From positions 1-31,452 of the IMG/VR virus record IMGVR_UViG_2713896902_000003: DNA of 31,452 bases; one strand, given 5' to 3'. The position numbers were made by a program, and so were the translations under genes. Source of the stretch: a virus (lineage: Duplodnaviria; Heunggongvirae; Uroviricota; Caudoviricetes). Positions 24,782-31,452 of this stretch are shown here, one piece after another. Position 1 is the first letter of the stretch, and every line of letters begins with the position of its first letter. The notes below the pieces were generated by a model. The model saw only the letters and a program-made list of their open reading frames with translations. It was not told the origin of the DNA and did not search any database.

Positions 24782-25819
24782 ATGGTTGATATTTTTGAAC
24801 GACGTACAATGCTTGAGCCTGTTATTCAGAATTTCAAGGCTCGTCGTTTTCTTCTCCGTACTTTTTTTCCTGGTATTCAGACCTTTAATTCAAAGAAAGT
24901 TGATCTGGATTTTGTTCGCGGTGGCCGTACTATGGCTCCATTTGTTGGTAAACGTTTTGGCTCTAAAACCGTTGAGCGACGCGGCTTTGTAACGAGAACG
25001 CTGGAGCCACCACTGATTGCGCCTGATTTGGTAACAACGGCAGAGCTTCTTTTAAACAGGCTTCCTGGGGAAACTATTTACAATGCGAAATCGCCCGCAG
25101 AACGAGCTGCCGAGCAATTAGGCAAGGATTTGCTTGAGCTTGATGAAATGGTTAACCGCCGTGAAGAATGGATGTGTGCACAGGTCTTGTTTACGGGGCA
25201 GGTTGATATTGTTGGTGAAGGAGTGGATGACACAGTTTATTTTTGGCCTGAAGAGGAAGGAGATAAACCATATCTTGAACTGACAGGTGATGATTTATGG
25301 AGTGCAGCAAAATCAGATCCGTTGGTCAATGTTCGCAACTGGAAACGTCGTGTATCACTAACTTCAGGTTTTACTCCTCGTGTTGCCGTAATGGGGGCAA
25401 AAGTTGTTGATGCATTCGTTAAAAATGAAGCTGTAAGTAAATATCTTGATAATCGCCGAAAAGAGTTTGGGTATATTAAGCCAGAGGACTTAGAAGAAGG
25501 CGTAACTCATTATGGTAATGTTGAGGGACTCGATTTTTATGGTTACGACGAGCTTATTCTCAGTGATAAAACAGGAAAGCCAGAACCATTAGTACCGGAA
25601 GATAAGATTCTCCTTGGCTCTCCGGGGCGGGGAACGATGCTGTATGGTGCTGTAGAGCTTGTAGATGACGCCGAAAAGACCCTAACGATTGTTGAGTCAC
25701 CACGAGTTCCAGACACCTGGGTAACTCGTAAGCCGGCTGGCCGTTATGTTGCCATGAAGTCATCTCCACTGCCTAATCCTGGTGTGGCTGATGCCTATCT
25801 GGTGGCTAAGGTGGTTTAA
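24782..25819 (+). CDS. Major capsid protein (lambda gpE-like), 345 aa
   Basis: Length and position; N-terminal FLLRTFF motif parallels FLRLFF of lambda gpE as recalled. Confidence 0.8.
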   Translation: MVDIFERRTMLEPVIQNFKARRFLLRTFFPGIQTFNSKKVDLDFVRGGRTMAPFVGKRFGSKTVERRGFVTRTLEPPLIAPDLVTTAELLLNRLPGETIYNAKSPAERAAEQLGKDLLELDEMVNRREEWMCAQVLFTGQVDIVGEGVDDTVYFWPEEEGDKPYLELTGDDLWSAAKSDPLVNVRNWKRRVSLTSGFTPRVAVMGAKVVDAFVKNEAVSKYLDNRRKEFGYIKPEDLEEGVTHYGNVEGLDFYGYDELILSDKTGKPEPLVPEDKILLGSPGRGTMLYGAVELVDDAEKTLTIVESPRVPDTWVTRKPAGRYVAMKSSPLPNPGVADAYLVAKVV

Positions 25820-26212
25820 ATGGCCAGACTGATTAAAAATATTGATACGATAAGCCACGGCTCGCTAAAAGCGGGCCGTTTGCTTAATGGGCTAATGGAT
25901 AACTCCAGGATTGCCGAACTGATTGCGTCAGGACATGCTATTGCCACCGAAGAGGATGGTGATTTGGCATCGGCTGGGGGCTATGATGCTGCTAAGTTAG
26001 CTTTTGAGCATGGATACGCATCTGCTGTTAATGATGCTGTGGACGCGGGGTTGATTACGCGAACGGAGGCGGGTAGCTGTGTATTCGAGGTTGAGTTTGA
26101 GGATGATGGCGGCAATGAGGAAACAGTTGCTGATGATTCATCTGAATCTGTAGCTACTTCTGATGCCAGTAATGCGAAAAAATCAACGCAAAAAAAAGGT
26201 AATAAGAAGTAA
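25820..26212 (+). CDS. Hypothetical head-associated protein with acidic C-terminus, 130 aa
   Basis: ORF from track directly after the capsid gene. Confidence 0.5.
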   Translation: MARLIKNIDTISHGSLKAGRLLNGLMDNSRIAELIASGHAIATEEDGDLASAGGYDAAKLAFEHGYASAVNDAVDAGLITRTEAGSCVFEVEFEDDGGNEETVADDSSESVATSDASNAKKSTQKKGNKK

Positions 26213-26556
26213 TGAACTCCTTCAAAGAGGTTATAGCGCAAGATATTTCTGCAATATTCCTCAATGAAAAAGAGTTTGCCGATACATATAACATAGACGG
26301 CAAGGATATCCTTGCCGTTATTGATACAGACCTTATTCATGAGCGGAATAAACGTTCATATGCTGAGTTTGCAGAGGGAATAAATCAGGGGCAAATAATA
26401 TTATTTGTTTCAAGAAAAGATTTTCCTGTTCTCCCTGTCAAAGACCAGTCAATGAAAATCAACGGTAAAAATTATATTGTTGATGAAGTGTCAGATAATG
26501 TTGGTGTATTGGAAATAACTCTTACTATTAATACTAACAGAGGAATGCCAATTTGA
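26212..26556 (+). CDS. Head-tail connector/adaptor protein candidate, 114 aa
   Basis: Position between head and tail modules; overlapping start and stop with neighbours. Confidence 0.45.
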   Translation: MNSFKEVIAQDISAIFLNEKEFADTYNIDGKDILAVIDTDLIHERNKRSYAEFAEGINQGQIILFVSRKDFPVLPVKDQSMKINGKNYIVDEVSDNVGVLEITLTINTNRGMPI

Positions 26557-27038
26557 TTAATCTTTTGATAGATGCAATAAAAAATCGGTTGGAACATGAG
26601 GTTTTCCATGATTTATTAGTGCAGGGACCTCCTTATGATGAAACAGATAGTGATATTAAATTGCTTGTTCCAACAATATTTAAAGGGTACTTGCCTCCTA
26701 AATCACAACCATCTCCAGATAAACCGCATGAATTTCCTCATGTGATTATCAGGCCAACGGAAGGAGGAACGCAGCCTGAAACGGATGAAGTTAAGGTTAA
26801 GTTTCTTCTAGGTGGTTTTTGTGAAGACCATACTGGGTATGAATGGGTAATGGCTCTTCTTGAAAGGATGATGTTTAATTTTCAGGAGAAGCCTTTACTT
26901 GAAGAGAAATTTCTCTTTCAGGGTGATATCAGGTGGCGAATGTTTGATGATCAACCATATCCATATTGGATAACGGAAGCAACTGGAACGTGGCTGGTAT
27001 TAAAACCTCAGAATATTCAGTCTCAGGAGTTTATATAA
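26553..27038 (+). CDS. Tail completion or tail terminator protein candidate, 161 aa
   Basis: Position directly upstream of the sheath gene, as Mu gpK. Confidence 0.4.
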   Translation: MINLLIDAIKNRLEHEVFHDLLVQGPPYDETDSDIKLLVPTIFKGYLPPKSQPSPDKPHEFPHVIIRPTEGGTQPETDEVKVKFLLGGFCEDHTGYEWVMALLERMMFNFQEKPLLEEKFLFQGDIRWRMFDDQPYPYWITEATGTWLVLKPQNIQSQEFI

Positions 27039-27329
27039 ATGGCTAATAAGAAAATTAGTAAAGAAGATACAGACAAGAAGGAAAATGTTGATCAAACATT
27101 TGTGTATATAGGCCCAACAATCCCTCAAATCTCACTTTTGAAGCATAAACTATTTAAGAATGGTTTATCTCCAGAGTGTGAAAAATTAATTTCATGTATT
27201 CCTGGTGCAAAGTGTTTGTTTGTTGCAACCAGTGATTTTGCAGATGCAGAAAAAAGACTTTCTGATAAAACCAGCGTTGAGTATGTAATGTACTCTCGAG
27301 TTTCTTCTTCTGTTATGGAGATTAAATAA
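27039..27329 (+). CDS. Hypothetical protein, 96 aa
   Basis: ORF from track; stop overlaps the sheath start. Confidence 0.45.
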   Translation: MANKKISKEDTDKKENVDQTFVYIGPTIPQISLLKHKLFKNGLSPECEKLISCIPGAKCLFVATSDFADAEKRLSDKTSVEYVMYSRVSSSVMEIK

Positions 27330-28792
27330 TGGGATATCGCCACGGTATTTATATATCTGAGCTGGCTACATCTATAACTCCTCCAGTGCAAGTTAGTGCC
27401 GGGTTGATTGTTGCATTTGGTACGGCTCCTGTTAATCAGTTAGAAGACCCAGCATCAGCAGTAAATAAGCCTGTCATTGCGTATACCTACGCAGAGGCTG
27501 TATCTAAAATAGGATATAGCACAAATTTCGAGAAATATACTTTAAGTGAAGTAATTAAAGTAGCATTTGGAATATATGGTGTTGCACCAGTTGTATTTAT
27601 CAATGTGCTTGATCCGACAAAACATAAGAAAGACGTTAATGATGAGGTCGTGAAACTTTCTGGCGGGAAAGGCACCCTCTCTAATGACGGCGTCTTATAT
27701 AAATCTGTTGTTGTGAAAAAAGCAGATGGCGATTCGCCAGGGTTAACGGTTGATACAGATTATGTGCTGGCGCTAGATGATAATGGCTATACGGTCATTA
27801 CCGCTATTAGCGGAGGAAAAATTACTGAAAAAGACGCCACTCTTAAGGTTAGTTATACGCATCTTGATCCCGGGGCTGTAACTAAAAACGATATTATTGG
27901 TGGTGTGGATTCCAACACTAAAGCGAATACGGGGCTTGAGTTACTGTCGGATGTTTATCCCCGCTTCAAACTAGTTCCAGGACAAGTGATTGCTCCTGGA
28001 TTTAGTTCTGATAGTGAAGTTGGTCAGCTAATGGCGGCTAAAGCTGCGCTGATTAGTGAATTGTTCAAAGCAGAAGCTATCACCGATGCGCCGACTGATA
28101 AATCTACTATCAGTGATTATTCTGCTGTTCCTGAATGGAAGCAGAACAATAATCATATGGCAGCTAACCAGACAGTGTGCTGGCCGATGGTAAAACTTGG
28201 CGATAATATTTACCATCACTCAACCCATTTAGCGGCAGCAACATGTTTGCTGGATAGTCAGAATGGAGATATCCCATCACGTTCGCCGTCAAATATAAAA
28301 CTACAGATGGACGGCGCTGTACGTAAAGATGGCAGTGAAGTATGGATTAATATTAGCCAGGCAAACTACTTGAATGGACAGGGGATCGTAACAAGCCTTA
28401 ATTTTGATGGCTGGAAATCATGGGGAAACCGTAATGCTATTTATCCAACATCTACGGATCCCAAAGACACATTTCGTGTTTGCCGACGTATGTTTAACTG
28501 GGTGGGTAATACGTTAATTCTTTCGCATTGGTCAAAAATAGACAATCCTGCAAATCGTCGATTAATTGAATCTATTGTTACAAGCGCGAATATTTGGTTT
28601 AACGGCCTCACAGGTAATCAGGATATTGCAGGTGGTGTTGTTACCTTTGATCAGTCTGAAAACACGATTACGTCATTGATGGACGGGATTGTTAAATTCC
28701 ATGTGAAAATGACACCATTCTCACCTGCCAGAGATATAGAGTTCGTCATGGAATATAATCCTGATTATCTGCTGAACTTGTTTTCTGAATAA
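27329..28792 (+). CDS. Contractile tail sheath protein, 487 aa
   Basis: N-terminus (YRHGIYISE...NKPVIAYTYAEAVSKIG) parallels the P2 FI/Mu L sheath N-terminus as recalled; followed by tube, chaperone and tape-measure genes. Confidence 0.8.
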   Translation: MGYRHGIYISELATSITPPVQVSAGLIVAFGTAPVNQLEDPASAVNKPVIAYTYAEAVSKIGYSTNFEKYTLSEVIKVAFGIYGVAPVVFINVLDPTKHKKDVNDEVVKLSGGKGTLSNDGVLYKSVVVKKADGDSPGLTVDTDYVLALDDNGYTVITAISGGKITEKDATLKVSYTHLDPGAVTKNDIIGGVDSNTKANTGLELLSDVYPRFKLVPGQVIAPGFSSDSEVGQLMAAKAALISELFKAEAITDAPTDKSTISDYSAVPEWKQNNNHMAANQTVCWPMVKLGDNIYHHSTHLAAATCLLDSQNGDIPSRSPSNIKLQMDGAVRKDGSEVWINISQANYLNGQGIVTSLNFDGWKSWGNRNAIYPTSTDPKDTFRVCRRMFNWVGNTLILSHWSKIDNPANRRLIESIVTSANIWFNGLTGNQDIAGGVVTFDQSENTITSLMDGIVKFHVKMTPFSPARDIEFVMEYNPDYLLNLFSE

Positions 28793-28808
28793 ATAATAGG
28801 AGGTTGCT

Positions 28809-29330
28809 TTGAGCAATCAAATTCCTGAGAGACTTATTAACTTTACAGTATACGGTGAGGGAAACCGTATTATCGGTGTTGCTGACGCAAAGCTGCCATC
28901 AATTGAGATGATGACAGAAACAGTCAGTGGTGCAGGTATTGCTGGAGAGCTTGAGAGCGGAACGCTGGGGCATTTCAAACCAATGACTGTCTCTCTTAAA
29001 TGGCGAACCCTGACCCCTGCTGGTACAAAATTATTTCTATCCTCATCGCATCAGGTAGATTTTCGTGGTAGCCAACAGGTTTATGATGCCGGAACAGGAA
29101 AATATAAAACGGTTCCTGTTCGGGCTTCAATGAAGCTAAACCCTAAAAAACTGGATTTAGGCTCGCTACAGGTAGCAAAGGCTACTGATTCAGAGAATGA
29201 ATTTGAAGTTCTCTATATCAAATTATTTATTGATGGAAAAGAAGTCCTGGAACTTGATAAGTTGAACTTTATTTGTATCTTTGACGGTGAAGATATATTA
29301 AAAAGCGTTCGTGATGATTTAGGTTTATAA
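28809..29330 (+). CDS. Tail tube protein, 173 aa
   Basis: Size and position immediately after the sheath gene; RBS AGGAGG. Confidence 0.75.
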   Translation: MSNQIPERLINFTVYGEGNRIIGVADAKLPSIEMMTETVSGAGIAGELESGTLGHFKPMTVSLKWRTLTPAGTKLFLSSSHQVDFRGSQQVYDAGTGKYKTVPVRASMKLNPKKLDLGSLQVAKATDSENEFEVLYIKLFIDGKEVLELDKLNFICIFDGEDILKSVRDDLGL

Positions 29331-29339
29331 GGTGACGAA

Positions 29340-29621
29340 ATGGAAACTGTTAAATTAAGTAAAGAATATCGTTTTGAAGACTTTGAACCAGTAACTGAAC
29401 TTAACCTCGATTTAGACTGCTTAAAAGGCAGTGATATTTTAGAGGTATCGGACCTGCTGCAATCTCAGGGGCATGTTTCAGTTCAGACATCACTTGATCA
29501 TAAAGTCCATGTTGCTCTGGCTGCCCGTTGTATTGGCCGTCCGATAGAGTATCTGAATGGATTGCCAGCGAAAGACTTTGTTAAAGTTTGCCAAAAGGTA
29601 CAGAGTTTTTTGCTCTCGTAG
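29340..29621 (+). CDS. Tail assembly chaperone (P2 gpE / lambda gpG analogue), 93 aa
   Basis: Small acidic ORF between tube and tape-measure genes, ending just after a TTTTTTG slippery heptamer. Confidence 0.75.
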   Translation: METVKLSKEYRFEDFEPVTELNLDLDCLKGSDILEVSDLLQSQGHVSVQTSLDHKVHVALAARCIGRPIEYLNGLPAKDFVKVCQKVQSFLLS

Positions 29622-29770
29622 GTTTTGATGAAAAAAAACCTATAGATAAGCAAATAATGAGGGCTGCGAGTTCTCTGTCTCAATCAGCTCAATCAACACC
29701 TGTATCCTACTGGCTGTCGCTTCGGTTGAGGCGAATCGTCGCATGGATTGACGTGTTTAATGAGGATTAA
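29340..29770 (+). CDS. Frameshift-extended tail assembly chaperone (E+E' or GT-like), -1 slip at 29606-29612
   Basis: Heptamer T-TTT-TTG is in X-XXY-YYZ register in the zero frame; a -1 shift continues into the overlapping frame of track ORF 29588..29770, which ends 6 nt before the tape-measure start. Confidence 0.65.
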
Positions 29771-29775
29771 TACTA

Positions 29776-31452
29776 ATGGCCAGCAATAAAAACTTTAAGC
29801 TGGCTTTTGAAATTGGCGGCAAAGTTGCCGCCTCTCTCCCCAAAAGTTTTACTACAGCTAATCAGGCTGTTGCTAAATTAAATGCTGAACTGGCTGGATT
29901 AACGAAAGAACATGGGGAAATTCAAAAGCTACAATCTGTAAAAGTAAAGGTTGGACAGACCGCCCTGGAATATCATAAAGCTGCCGCTCGCGTTGAAGAG
30001 TTACAGAGGCAAATAAAAAACACGGCCAATCCAGCCAGAGCGATGCTTCGTGACTTTGAGAAGGCAAAAACACATTCATCGAATTTACGTGCATCACTAC
30101 GTTCCCAGCGTGAAGAACTGGCCGCTTTAAAGTCTGCTTATCAGGGCGCTGATACATCTGCCAGAGCGTTGGCCTCAAGAGAGAAAGAGCTTAAAGCCAG
30201 CATTGATCGTAATCGTGAGGCTCAGGCCCGTAGCGTTGAGCAGGTTAACCGCTACAGAACGGCTTTGGCTTTAGCCAGAGCAAATGTTCAGCAAGTGAAA
30301 AAGCAGCAGGAGGAACTTAACCGGGCATTAGAAAAACAACGTATTGATAAAATTAACAGCTATAAAAAAGCGCTGGCTGAAGCACGGAAAAATGTTCTTG
30401 CAGTAAAACGGGCTCAGGAGGAGTTAAACCGCGCGCTGGAAAGGCAACGCGAATTAAAACGAGAGCGTCTTGGTGAGGCGAAGAGCCAACTTGTAAGGAC
30501 CGGGTTACAAACTGGTGCTGTTGCGGCTGGTGCATTTGCGGCTGCTAATAATGCGGCAAATTTCAATCGTGAAAACAAGAGGATTGGTTTTACGGCAGAC
30601 ATGAAGCCGGAAGAGGTTCAGGCGATGGGACGAGCAATGCTTGTTACCGGGACGGCTACCAACCAGTTTGCATCTGATATTCAGGCCGCTCAGGGTTTTC
30701 TCGTTGCTGCCGGGCAGGATTATAAAGAGGCTCAGGCGAATCTGCTGACTATTGGGCGAACGGCTACAGCTACTGGCTCTGATATCCTCGATGTCTCGAA
30801 GGCATCATTTACATTAAGTGACTCATTGAAGATTGATCCATCTCAAATGAAGTCTGCAATGGGAATTCTGGTTCAGGCAGGGAAAGAGGGGAACTTTGAA
30901 TTTAAAGATATGGCCAAAAATCTTCCTGTGCTTGGTGCTCAGTTCCGGGCATTAAAAATGGGAGGTAAAGAAGCCGCCGCGACGATGGGGGCAGCTTTGC
31001 AGATAGCTCGCAAAGGTGCTGCAAATTCGGATGAGGCTGCTAATAATATGAACAACTTTTTGGCGAAAATACTTTCCCCTGAAACACTAAAAAAAGCAAA
31101 GAAAAATTTTGGTGTAGATTTATATAAAATTGTCACAACAGCGCAGAAAAAAGGGAAGAATCCATTCGAAGCGGCCATGCATTCTGTCATGAAAATGACC
31201 AGGAGCGGAGATCAGAAGTTACTTGGTGAACTATTTGGCGATATGCAGGTTCAGAGCTTTGTTCGTCCGATGATTCAGAACTGGCAGGAATACCAGAGAA
31301 TCAAAGCAACATCTCTTGGAGCTGGAAGTGCCGTTATTGACCGCGATTTTGCCAGCATAACAAAAGACAATGCGGAGCGATTGAAACAATTACGTATTCA
31401 GGCCAGCAATGCATCATTAAGTTTTGGTCAGGCCTTTGAAGTGGCACACTGA
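29776..31452 (+). CDS. Tail tape measure protein, 558 aa (ORF ends at the window edge; may be only the first part of a longer or split gene)
   Basis: Position after the frameshifted chaperone; long Ala/Lys/Gln/Arg-rich helical sequence with repeated segments (QEELNRALEKQR..., QEELNRALERQR...). Confidence 0.75.
   Translation: MASNKNFKLAFEIGGKVAASLPKSFTTANQAVAKLNAELAGLTKEHGEIQKLQSVKVKVGQTALEYHKAAARVEELQRQIKNTANPARAMLRDFEKAKTHSSNLRASLRSQREELAALKSAYQGADTSARALASREKELKASIDRNREAQARSVEQVNRYRTALALARANVQQVKKQQEELNRALEKQRIDKINSYKKALAEARKNVLAVKRAQEELNRALERQRELKRERLGEAKSQLVRTGLQTGAVAAGAFAAANNAANFNRENKRIGFTADMKPEEVQAMGRAMLVTGTATNQFASDIQAAQGFLVAAGQDYKEAQANLLTIGRTATATGSDILDVSKASFTLSDSLKIDPSQMKSAMGILVQAGKEGNFEFKDMAKNLPVLGAQFRALKMGGKEAAATMGAALQIARKGAANSDEAANNMNNFLAKILSPETLKKAKKNFGVDLYKIVTTAQKKGKNPFEAAMHSVMKMTRSGDQKLLGELFGDMQVQSFVRPMIQNWQEYQRIKATSLGAGSAVIDRDFASITKDNAERLKQLRIQASNASLSFGQAFEVAH

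Overview
This window is about 31.5 kb of an enterobacterial (E. coli/Shigella/Salmonella-type) lambdoid prophage, running from the stop codon of a leftward integrase gene to the stop codon of a tail tape-measure gene. Gene order: int-xis-exonuclease-kil-like leftward early operon (1-5007, minus strand); an immunity region with a DicA/RacR-like repressor divergent from a Cro/YdaS-like gene, flanked by TACCC-N2-GGGTA operator palindromes (5200-5800); a YdaT-like gene and an iteron-containing replication gene (6065-7653); an AT-rich moron (7654-9315); DUF968/HNH-like, RusA and Q-like antiterminator genes with PR' and tR' (9316-11530); an ORF6N-like gene; a 2.7-kb non-coding, terminator-dense tandem-repeat region (12278-14982); a GC-rich lysis cassette (14983-16909); then ParB-like nuclease, terminase small and large subunits, lambda-like head genes and Mu/P2-like contractile-tail genes with a -1 frameshifted chaperone. 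The most unusual feature is the non-coding repeat region, which carries eight reverse-strand hairpin/U-tract modules at roughly 150-bp spacing with compensatory stem changes between copies; I regard it as the best candidate for an undescribed element (small-RNA array or transcriptional insulator). No rRNA, tRNA, CRISPR array or transposase was found. All calls come from reading the ORF translations and the DNA by eye; no database search, HMM scan or folding computation was run, so family names are recalled resemblances, not verified hits.
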